In this document: positions 38,300 to 49,497 of the stretch, in pieces
Layout of the letters: each line of letters starts with the position of its first letter
Numbering within the stretch: position 1 is the stretch's first letter
Source of the DNA: Takakia lepidozioides
Lineage: Eukaryota; Plantae; Bryophyta
Direction: 5' to 3'
NCBI GenBank assembly: GCA_030704615.1
Contig: CM060731.1
Location: forward strand, 90,272,001-90,336,000
DNA: 64,000 nt
Position numbers and translations under genes: made by a program
The notes under the pieces: model-generated
The model's input: the letters and a program-made list of their open reading frames with translations, nothing else
The model's database searches: none
Told to the model about the DNA's origin: nothing

Positions 38300-41200
38300 A
38301 AGTTGGCGGAGCTCCACGCGAGGTGTCCCGCTGTAGAAGGGTGTTCACTTCTCCATAGCCTAGTGTGGCTTGGTGGATGAATTGGTCTCTCTTACCGTCG
38401 CAACACATAATCACAAGGTATATGTATATGATGCTTGCAGGGGACCCACTTCCCTCTCATGCCGAGAGCGCCCTCACGCATCGTTACAAAGTCCGGACAA
38501 GTGCACGAAGGGAAATTCCCGACGGTAACCTGATATTCTTTGCCATGAAGAACTGACCCAATTGACAGCACTGTGTAAATCCGTCCATACCCCGGAGAAG
38601 GGACTTCGGTGATACGAGACACCCGAGCCTGCAAAATTCTAGCAGATTCCATCTTGCATTCGTGATCTGCACCCGAAGCGAAACGGCGCACTGTTTTTCC
38701 ATCTCTTTTTGTTGGGTGGGAGTCGGCACCGGGTGGCGGCATTGCCGGAGCATGTGGCACATCTGTGCCGACAGTGCATGAGGGCACCACCCGGGACCGT
38801 GCAAGACAGAACCCTCCCTCCTCCAGCATGCTTATCTCGGTTGATGACAGCGACGTCCCAATTTGCACAGGCCAAATTGCGGGGGGAGGGGGTTTCATTA
38901 TCACCGAAGGACGAACTGTTCCCTTCACGCATCGTGCCATATCGTCTGGGCAGAACCAAAATTTGTGGTCCTTTGACTCCCCACTATGATAAGGTCGGAA
39001 CAACCCTGTGAATGTTGGAGCTGGAGTCCCCCTGGAGCCTTTGCATATCTTTGATTTGCATTTCTTGAATGAGGGGGTCCGAATTGCCATGCAAGCCACT
39101 CTAGATCCTGGTGGGTGCGTTCTATATGCCACTCACTATCAATGCAATCGGATTCCTGCACCATGGCCACCACCTCCTCCAATGGGATTCCCGCTGCTGT
39201 GCTTGTATGTTCTGCACCTGCTCCACTGGAGGAGGACCCACCTGGGAAGGGGCGGGCACACGACTCAGTCTGCAGTGGAGACACCTTTGGCACAGAGAAA
39301 TTGACCCTGTCTGGCCGATGGGAATCTCCATCTGACCCTGGAAGAGTGTTCAATTTCCTTTTGCATGATCCAAATCTTTCCTCGCCTTCCAAATGGGGAG
39401 CCTGGATTGTAGAGGGACCCTTCAGTGCATCTGTTTAGAGCTCTGGCCATCTTTGACGGGACTCCGGACCTACTCGCAGCCCTTAGCATCAACAAAGTCG
39501 TATCAGGGCCCTTGCCTCCACCCCGTCCCATCAGAAAATTGCGGTACCTGGTTTGTTGTGTAAGTGCACGCACCATGTCATCAGCAGTGGCCACATACAA
39601 GTCACGACCTGCTTTGGTAGACTGCTGCATCCAGGCGTTGTGAACAGTCTCCGCCAAATTACAGGATGGCATGTCGGCCAAGTCCTCCAAGGACATGTCC
39701 TGCAGGAGGCATTGCATGGATATGTGAGGAACGAAAACAAATGGTAGAGGTTCTTCAAGTGACAATCGAAGAACCCCAAATGAACAGGCACGATGCAAAA
39801 TTTCTGTTTTTGGGATTGAAGAGGCTTACCGTCGTCATGAAAGCTCCCCACTGTCTGTACCTGAAGTGCCAGAAAACCAACCAGTCCTCCAACTCCTTTA
39901 CGTGGGTACCTGTTGCAGCACCAGAGGAGAACCACCAAGCCCGGATTGCCTGGTAAGTGCTCTCAGCTTCTCCCATTGAGGTGGCATTCTTGTACTTGAG
40001 ACAGAGCCTTCTGTGCTCCAACTGCAGGTCAGGGCGAATGCAGCGCTTTGTATGACGTGCCAGAGATTGAGTCCAATGGAAGAGGCATGTGCGCTCCCTA
40101 TTTTCCATTGGGACCTTAGGATCCCCGAACCAAACACGCGTCGCACTGCATTGAAATTTGCCTGTGCACTATCAGCCATGAAGCCCGCAAAATTTGTGTT
40201 TTGTATTCCATTGCGCTGCATGACGGCCAAGAGCGAATTCCACATGAGCATTGGGATTCAGTGTCCTCCGACTGCATATCACAAATTGCTATGGAGAGCA
40301 CACGCTGGTACGCCGGATCATACACATGGCACGCCATGGTTGTCCAACCCTTCACCCGTTTGCAGTGATCAAACATTAACCAACATTTAGCCAAATCTCC
40401 TCCTGGTGCATACGGCGGACAATGCTCACACCACTGCCTTCGCCCACAGCGGACATCTTGAACAAATACACCTTGGACGAGCCCTGGCCAGGGAAGATAC
40501 TGTTTTGAATGAATTCATAGCGACTCCTCCGTTTCAGGTCCATAATGTTGTCCATGAATCCAGCAGTGCCTGTGCCCATTCTGAGTGCATTCACCTGGTT
40601 TCGAATATTGGGAGAGCTCAACACGGAGAAATGGTCCATGACTGCATTAAGCAAATCTGCATCCAGCATAAGTTGTGTCGCATCCCCTTCACCCAGTATG
40701 TGTTTCTCCAGGAATGCCTTGCTAGCTGCAAGCGCTATAGCAGAAGGTGTTGCACAAGGGGCATTGTGGAACTCCTGCTTCAGCAGATTTCTAGCGATGT
40801 CCACGCTATCCCTGCAACTTCCTTTGGACACAGGATGCTCGTGTGCACCCATATGAATGCAGGCACGAGTCATTGTCTTGCATCGGTGTGCCACCTGATA
40901 CATACGAGCGTGGCACACAGAAACACAGGACGGGGAAAGTTTGCAGAACCTGCACACGAAAGTATTGGTCCTGGGAGGGGCAAGCCCTGGGGTGAAAGGA
41001 TTCAGGGGCACACCTTCCCACTCACTTTCGTTTGGTTGAGCGTTGTTTCTCAGGCGAGGGCAAGAAATATTCTGGCACTTACAATGCCCAACAGACCGAC
41101 CTCCGAAATTTTCAAGCCAATGTCGTTATGGATGTTCGACGTTTTTGTCCTGCACCAAGGATGTCCGTCATGTTTCTTGTCCATGCCCTGTAAAAGCCCA

Positions 41201-41856
41201 GCCAGTCCAGTGGAAGAGGTGGGAGGGTTGAGCTCAAACAGGATGTCCCCATCAAACTGTGCTGGCACGTATTGAACCCGTTGCACAGGAAGGGACTCCC
41301 AATCAACAAAACGCAGCTCGCTCTTGCACCCAGGCACACCTGCGAGGGCTTTCAATTTTGGAATGACACTCGTTATCTCTTGCAATTCGTCATCATCCAA
41401 TGACGGAGTCTGCACTGGCGGAGGAATCTCAGAAACATCCTCCGAGGACGAGTCTGAAAGAGTCACGAAGGTAGTGGATGTGCTCACCTCTTGTTTCACA
41501 GGAACTGTGCCCTTCTGTTGCACGACCGATGCTGCAGTGCCAGGGGTAACGACTGATCCTGCTGATTGTCTTCTCTCTTTTCCAAGGACACGGTATGTGC
41601 CTGGAAGGACTCTCCACTTCCTTCCACACTTGCCAACCAATGGTTTCTCCAAGTGCCCAGAATCCAAATTCCCATCCTCGTCATACACCTCTTTTGAACA
41701 AGGAGAACCCAACTCCAGCGGGAACACTGTAACCAGCTCATCCTCATGAACAACTGCAAACCCATCGTCGTCTGCAGTGGCAGTCAGTGGAAGAGTACCT
41801 GCATTGGAATGGAATCGAGCAAGTGTATCTCGCTCCCTCGACATGTTTTCCCTCAC
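38300..41856 (-). CDS. Element C1 MULE transposase (WRKY/GCM-like Zn finger, DDE core, SWIM), one intron at about 39828-39701, several frameshifts
   Basis: CRFC..C..RACIHMGAHEHP; LMFDHCKR; FMADSAQAN; CLFHWTQSL; CNLAETVH; YQVTVGNFPSCTCPDF..PCKH. Confidence 0.9.
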
Positions 41857-42787
41857 TGAACGAAAGTTGCGGAATCCTCGAACTGATAGCCCGCAATTAC
41901 CGAAAGGGGAATTAAGACAAGCAAACTGAGGTCAACAAGGGTAGCTCCAACCCAAAGGTTGCGGGTGATGCATGCAAAGGATGTAGGGATGAGATGCACC
42001 TTCACTTCGGAAACAGCAACGCTAAGAGGCACTAACCAGAAAAACTGTTTTCAAATACTACAAGAAGCCGTGCTGTTTATGGATGAAAACAAACACTGAA
42101 AACGACATGAAACCATCCATTATGAAAAGACGGCAACAACCCTGGAGAGCAGTAAACAGGAAGACCACAAATGTCATGAGGTTGTGCTGTGCCAGAAGAG
42201 CACAGCACAAACACTGACACTGCAGAAGATACCTCGCACGAATGCGTGCCAGACATGGTCGTATCCGACAGAACCCTTTATGCCGAATGACCCCATGGCG
42301 ACGGTTACGGTAAAATGCAAACCACAGGGTAGGCAGTACAACACACGTGGATGCATATGTGAAGCATAACAATTATTGCGGATCTGCAAGAACTGCTCGA
42401 AAATGAACTAGCATTAGATTTCTACGGCACATCCGAATTTGAAAGAAAGCAAGAAGGCCGCGTGTATTGGCAGGCGGCGCAGTACATCTGACATATATCG
42501 CTAGTGCATGCAACGGATGTACTTTTTTTCTAGCGCTTTATTACTTGGATAATACGGAGACGACGGAATGGATGAATTCCGTTCGCACACAATAACAACA
42601 CCCGCATCCAAATATGGTTGACACGTCCAATTTCGATTTTGGTTACATGCCATAGCAGCACTTGTTACAAACGTCAAACTGGAGAGCTCTAGAGGCATCG
42701 TGGGGAGCCCTTGTTTCCAGCGGAGGAGGAAGAGAAGGAAGTCACTACTTCACGAGCTCTAGAAACAGGAATAGAGCCAGAGATAGA

Positions 42788-45700
42788 ATGAGGATGGAAA
42801 GAGTGGACGAAGAGGAAAAGGAGGTAGAAGAGGGAGTAGAGGAAAGTGTGGCGATGGAGGAGCAGGAATCAGCAGAAGAACAGCAGCCCGCCATAGTTCC
42901 AAACAGATGAAGAGGACACTGCATCTGAGGGAGAGACAGACGAGATGGAAGAGGATGTTGAAGGTGGCCTCACGAGGAGTCTGCCTGCGGGAAAGAGGAA
43001 GGGGGAGAGGCTCACGTACACGCTCGGCGCAGAGAGCAGCCCGAAGCGCAAAGGGTCCCCGGCAATTGGGGAGTCTTCTGGAGCAGCCAAGAAAAAGGTG
43101 AAATCTTTAAGACCCACATTTGTGTTTCGTTGCTGATATGAATATAGCCCACACAGGACATCTGCACCAGGCTGAAAGCACCGCAAACTGGAAGCTCAAA
43201 CAGTGTGCGGCAACGCACACTGTTTGGGCCTACCAATTTGCTTGATTGTTCAGGTGCGAAACGCCCAAACTTGGGCACTACAGCAGGTTCAATACAACCC
43301 AAATTGCAAGCTCAATCAGTGTGAGTTGAGCTGAACATTGCTGTTTCATATCGGTTTTCCAGGATATGTATGTCAGGACGAGAGAACCCTGGCAGCTCAA
43401 ACAGTGTGCGTTGGCGCACACTAGCTCACCCCTTTAGGGCACGTTTCTGATGGCAGCTCAAACAGTGTGCGTCAACGCACACTGTTTGAGCTGAACATGT
43501 AATTAATTCGGAAGGTTTATGATGATGAAATAACCATTCAGTGGCAGCTCAAACAGTGTGCGTTGGCGCACACTGTTTGAGCTTGTAAGTGTTTTTTGAT
43601 TGAAATTCGAGGGCACGTTTCTGAGGATGAAAGGCAGCTCAAACAGTGTGCGTCAACGCACACTGTTTGAGCTGTACATGTCACTGTTTTTTTGGTGTTA
43701 AATTCGGACTTCCAGGCAGGTTTATGATGATGAAATAACCATTCAGTGGCAGCTCAAACAGTGTGCGTTGGCGCACACTGTTTGAGCTGAACATGTAAGT
43801 GTTTTTTCATTGAAATTTTTAGGGCACGTTTCTGAGGATGAAAAGGCAGCTCAAGTGCGCAAGCTGTACATGAAATTCGGACTTCCAGGGCAGGTTTGAT
43901 GTGGCAGCTCAAACAGTGTGCGTTTGTTTGAGCTTGTAAGTGTTTTTTTTAAATTCGGGGCAGGATGAAATAACCATTCAGTGGCAGCTCAAACAGTGTG
44001 CGTTGGCGCACACTGTTTGAGCTGACATGTAAGTGTTTTTTTAAATTCGACTTCCAGGGCACGTTTCTGAGATGAAAGAATCCCTCACTGGCAGCTCAAA
44101 CAGTGTGCGTCAACGCACACTGTTTGAGCTGTACATGTCACTGTTTTTTTGGTGTTAAATTCGGACTTCCAGGGCAGGTTTATGATGAAATAACCATTCA
44201 GTGGCAGCTCAAACAGTGTGCACACTGTTTGAGCTGACATGTTGTTTTTTTGGAAGGGCACCATTCAGTGGCAGCTCAAACAGTGTGCGTTGGCGCACAC
44301 TGTTTGAGCTGAACATGTAAGTGTTTTTTCCGATTGAAATTCGAGGGCACGTTTGATGAAAGGGCAGCTCAAACAGTGTGCGTCAACGCACACTGTTTGA
44401 GCTGTACATGTTTTTTGGTGTTAAATTCGGACTTCCAGGGCAGGTTTGATGAAATAACCATTCAGTGGCAAACAGTGTGCGTTGGCGCACACTGTTTGAG
44501 CTGACACCCTTAGGGCACGTTTGATGAAATAACCATTCAGTGGCAGCTCAAATGTGCGTTGGCGCACACTGTTTGAGCTGGGTTCGGAAATTATCTTGGA
44601 GTTTACAATGAACACTTACCTGGCACAAGTAGATGTTCAATGATCATTTACCTGGCAAGTGAAACAGTGTGCGTCAACGCACACTGTTTGAGCCCACTTT
44701 TACATTGTCTTTTCTGTGGAATTCGGCAACATAGGACATGTCTGTGAGGGTCAATGTACACTTACCTGGCAGCTTAAAATAGTGTGCGTCAACGCACACT
44801 CTTTGAGTCCACTTTTCATGCCTCAGCCGACGTTTCATGCCTCTCTAATATCAAGTTGAATGAACAACCCTGCAGGGAGAAGATGCAAAGTGTGGCAGAT
44901 GAGGTCCCTTCGGGTCAGGAGAAGGAGATAATTGTTGATGTGGACGATGAGTTCTATGAAAGCAAAGCCGCTGAGATGTGGGGGGTCTGAAAGTAAACTC
45001 TCAGCTTGTGGTGCAAAGTATGCTTGCCCCGGGTGGGAGGTTGAAGATTCCCCTGTGTAGGTTGGTTTCCATGCCCGTCGTTCGTACACCCTTCGTCAAG
45101 GACATTCTCAAGCTGGAGGCCGAGTTTGTAGCATGGGTATTTGGATGGATCCGCAGTCTTTTACGTTTCTACTAGGGATTCCAAAGGTAATGAGCTCCTC
45201 GTGGATGAGTCAATCGTGGACTCCTGGGACCCCATTTGGAGACAGCTGAACGAATCCTTCGAACTTCTTCTCTCCAGGAAACCTTCCACCCAGGCATTCT
45301 CGGGAAAGATGTTTCACGTTTGGGATGGGAACCACCGCTTGCTTGCATGGATGGCTGTCATTGGGAGGCTGCACTCACAGGAGGAAGAGTGGCATTACTC
45401 TGTTCGATCGATGGTGCTGGATTTGTGACGGGAACATGATGGGTCTTCTGACGGCAATGAATGATGTGAACAAGTTGGTTTCTCATTCTACATGTTCCAC
45501 TTGTGGTTCCGTTCTTCTTTGATTGAAGACCTTGAATTTCATTCTGACTTACAGATATCATTCTGCAGAGGAACGGAGACATCGCATGTCAAAACGAGTT
45601 TGGTTCACACACTGTATAGGATACAAAGGATAGGGCAGATGCCCTTGACCAACTTCAAGACCATCCTTTCAGCGGAGATGTACAAGAAGTGCGAAAGCTC

Positions 45701-48700
45701 CAAGACATCGGAAACGTGGTACTCGTTGACCCGTGAGGCTTTCATGGAGTACATGTACACGGTGAGATACATCTTCCTTCATCTGGTCTTCCATATTCCA
45801 CATGTTTGTTTTCTGTTTGTTTCCTTGACCTTGTGCTGATGCAACTCTCTTGCATTCCCTTGCAGCAAGACATTGCAGATGCAGGGGAGCGTGGCAAACT
45901 GGAATACTACAGCTCTACCCCTGAGGAGGAGAGAAGGACAGCAAAGGGGGTTGAGAGTCGCATCCAGAAAGAGATGACCGCTACAAGAAGGACTATAATG
46001 AGTGCTTTCGTGAAGCAGTTGAGAATTGCCGACCCATCATTCGGACCGCAGTTTCTCCTGGAGATAAAAAACCATTATAACAAGCCAGGCAAGCCAGAAA
46101 TGGCCCAGGAGAAGTTGCACAGGTTGTCTACCGCCGTTGTGTCTCCAGAACAAAAGGTGAAGTGGCTGCAGATATGGAACTCCGATCCCACAGTTAGGGA
46201 TACCCACATGTTCCCAAGGCCGGAGAAAGAGAAGAAGACCCAGCGTGTCATTCCTGTCAGTGACAATGTGCTGGACACCTGGCTTCACAAGGCCACTTAC
46301 TGGAGCCAGGTGTGATGTCCTTCCTGTGTCACTGTCTTTTCTCTTTTCCTGTCCTTATCTTTCTATTGCCTCTTACATTCGCTGTGATTGCTTTTGGGTT
46401 CATTCTTGCATTTGTATTGTTTTGCAGTTGGAAGAAAAGGGCCAGATCGGTTCTGCATACTCAGCTGGCTGACTATGGCATCAGTATGATAGCACCGAAG
46501 GTGTCCTTCGAAGCATACATGAGGAAATGGAGAGCCACAGTGTGGCACTCTTGTTTCTTTAGAGAGTTCAGCAAGGAGGGTGGCATCAGTCGAACAAATG
46601 AGCTGGACCAGCAAGAAAAAGGAGAGGAAGCCTGGAAACGATGCCTTTACAGGTGCACACTCTTGCACTACTTATTTGTGCTGTGGTTGCAATGTGTTGT
46701 GTGGCATACTGTTGAAGGGGGTCTTCCTGGTGTGATGGAAAAGTTGCCACACAATATTTCCATTGTAAAATGAGGCTGTCTCTGTTGCTGCAGGTACATA
46801 AAGTTTGTTCTCCTGGAAGAGAATTGCCTGGACAAACATCCAGATTTCGTGGACCTGTGGCTTGTCCCTGCTGGCAACCAGACCATGTTTACTACTGGGA
46901 TCTTGCATGACTGGGGCCCAGACCATCTTTCTTCTTGTGGTTGGTATTTGGATTGCCCTCCTTCTGAGACCCCAGCTCCAGAGGTGTCTTGAGGGAGAGA
47001 GAATGACCGTATTGCAGCCACTGCCGCAGCAGCCGACCTCGACATTCATGAACGAAATTTGAGGACTCTTGCAGAGAAGGAGCCTCCCGCTCAGGATACC
47101 CCAGGTAGAGGAAGAAAGGCAAAGGGAAAAGATGTTGCTGGTTTGTGGGGAAGGGAAGGGGTAGAGGGAAGGTGGCACAAGGGCAGGGAAGTGTTGCAGA
47201 TATTGGCCCTGTGGAGCATGTCCAGCAGACTCCACCGCATGGTAGGGGATCCGGGAGGAAAAACAAGGGGGTGGTTGATCCCAAGGACCCGTACCATGCA
47301 GTGGAACATCCCACGAGGGTCATTCGCCCAACCAGGTTGGAGATGGCCAACGTCGGGTTCCTTGCCATGATGGAGTCGAAGAAATCTGATTACAAGGGCG
47401 AGCCATCACCAGTGTGGGACAGGATTGTGGAGTTCCTCAGCACGGTGCGTGTTCTCTTTGGGTTCTGTGGCTTCTGTTGTCTTTGTCTGCTGTGGGCATG
47501 GATCGTTTCTAAACTTGTGAGAATTCCATTGTATTTTTGTTTGCAGGCTAAAATGACCAAATCCTGGGTGAACGGGAAGGAGAAGCCATATGCAGCCGAA
47601 CTCATCATCTTGGACATCCCTGATGGGTTGGCAGTCCCGGATATCCCTCCATCGGGTGCTTGTCCGGGTTGGAATGCTTTTGATGAGCGCTACTGGCGGT
47701 GGGTTTTCTCCTTTTGCAACTTCTTCCTGTCCGATGCAGGTGTTTGGTGCTCATCCAGTCATCGACATTCGGTGTCGCCGTGCACTTTCCAGCTATTTGA
47801 AAGCCTCGGGCATGAGAGTCGTGAAGACATGGAATTGTGTGAACAGCATGTACCTTACGAAGGGGGATCGTCCGGGAGAGATGGTGAGTTTGCCTTCTTC
47901 CTCCTCTTCTTGGTTGTTCTCGGATGGGGTTGTATAGGTCGCTCGAACTCATATGTAGGGGCCCGATTTTTTTTTGCTTCTTAGTTCCTTGTGGATGTCA
48001 TGTTCGCAGACTCGTCTGTTTGAAGCTGTTTGTCTCGTCCGGGTGCATCCACAAACGACTCCGCCGGCATTACCGAGTTCACCATCACTCATGGGGCCAA
48101 GTTCATAGATGACAGGACAGATCCTCCCACGGATGACATGCATCACAACTACGTCGACAGCAACGTGTGCTTGCGAAGGGAATGGGGTTCCTTGGAGAGG
48201 GGCGAGGGAGAGGAGCCGGCTTTCATTCAAATGATTGTGGAGTGCTGCACCTACACAGACGCCAGAGTTCTGGATTTGTCGATGGGCACAGGTTCGTCTC
48301 TTCAACATTCACATTTCATGAGGTTTGATTGAGCTTGCACTTTCAGCACTTCCCACCGTTCCGAATGTGTCTTCAATGTCTGCTTCATTCATTCTATTCC
48401 ACTGCAGGTGCTTCTTACCACGCTTGCAAGGCCAGTGCGCGACATCTCTTTGGGATTGAAGGGGATGCTGAGATTTACAAGAACCTCCTGATGGGTTTGG
48501 GTGGACACACTTCTCAAGTCCTTCCGAAGCCCCGTCCCGCTGATACTGATACAGAGGAGACTTCTGACAAGGAGCTGGACTCCGACTTTGCCTGTGAGTA
48601 AGTTCAACCTGTGCATGCTTGCATTGTTGTTTCAATATCGAGAATCGCTGTTCTTGAGGCAAAATGCACATGGGAGACATCCTCTTTGTTGGACTTGTGC

Positions 48701-48985
48701 ATTGCATCATTGTGTTAAAAATGGGGTTTTGTGGACATGTGCAGGAGTCCGCGTGCTTCCACTTGCCCTCCAGGGCTATCACACCTATTTGGACTTGTTT
48801 GCAGTCCTCCTCGGTCTTGCGTGCTACCTGTCTATGCGGAGGCACTCGCAGCAAGCGTGTCCGTTCATGGCACTCCGAGTCCACCTTACGACGGCCTTCG
48901 TAGAACACGTGGTGTTGGGGCCAGAATCTTTGTAGATGACATAGCACAGGAGGTGGACACTGATTGTGATGACTGCGACACTTGA
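42788..48985 (+). CDS. Multi-exon ParB/Sulfiredoxin-like plus beta-class amino-DNA-methyltransferase-like fusion gene (element C1); acidic first exon(s) at 42788-43100 tentative
   Basis: Exon at about 44876-45474: LKIPLCRLV..VRTPFVKDILKLEAEF..FHVWDGNHRLLAWM (ParB-N GxxR box). Later exons: ELIILDIPDG, FFLSDAG, PAFIQMIVECCTYTDARVLDLSMGT/GASYHACKASARHLFGIEGD. GT-AG introns; frameshifts present. Confidence 0.82.
43190..44810. repeat. Array of about 17 copies of a 40-bp palindrome CAGCTCAAACAGTGTGCG-N4-CGCACACTGTTTGAGCTG
   Basis: Perfect 18-bp arms in about half of the copies; spacer TTGG or TCAA; linkers are themselves repeated. Confidence 0.97.
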
Positions 48986-49497
48986 TATGAAGTTTTATTT
49001 GGTTTAATTCTGGGCCAAATTTGAAATGGGATGGTTGTGTGTCCTTGTTGTCCTGTTTGCAATGTGTGCGTGGAATTCACATTCATGGTTACAAACTATT
49101 GTTGGAGATGGGGGTTGCATGGACCGCCTGGATTGTTCCTTCAATCTATTTGGTGTTTTGTGGACCTCACAGACTTGAGTACATTGCGAAAACAAACAAA
49201 CCACTTTGGTTCGTGTAGAGCATTCTCGCATCATTTGCTAGTTGGTCCCCAAACTATTCCTGCTAGAAGAATGGTTGGTGAATCCATCACGGTGAAGTCC
49301 ACCTCATCAAAAAACTGTTCAGGCATTCTCAATTCTACCCACATCAACCCGCGGAAATAGGTGACACCACTCGGAAATAGGTGACATTCGCGGAAATAGG
49401 CACTGTTTGCATGCTGACGTGGCGTGAGCCTGTGCTGGGCTCACGCTTTCCTGGGCTCACAGGCTCACGCCTCCGGGCTCATGGAATAGCACCCCCC

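Larger units (their letters stand above)
37873..49497. mobile_element. MULE element C1, 11,625 bp, both ends present: transposase, palindrome array and ParB-MTase gene
   Basis: Perfect 9-bp TSD GCAGTGGAG at 37864-37872 and 49498-49506; degenerate TIRs GAGCGTAGCTACGGCGTGAGCCC vs (reverse complement) GGGGGGTGCTATTCCATGAGCCC; removal restores the host frame SGAVE-TTNLGALHSWLGWWHFRY. Confidence 0.95.

Noticed and set aside
40406-41275. Long plus-strand ORFs opposite the transposase (also 11066..11827 opposite gag and 49826..50503)
   Set aside because: Antisense shadows of recognised coding regions.
43190-44810. CRISPR array (palindromic repeats of about 40 bp with spacers)
   Set aside because: The spacers are repeated and variable in length, there are no cas genes, and the context is eukaryotic with introns, inside a TSD-bounded transposon. 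The same applies to the arrays at 23.3 and 29 kb.
42788-48985. Bacterial or phage contamination explaining the ParB-MTase
   Set aside because: The gene has many GT-AG introns, lies within a MULE with a TSD, and has paralogues in neighbouring elements.
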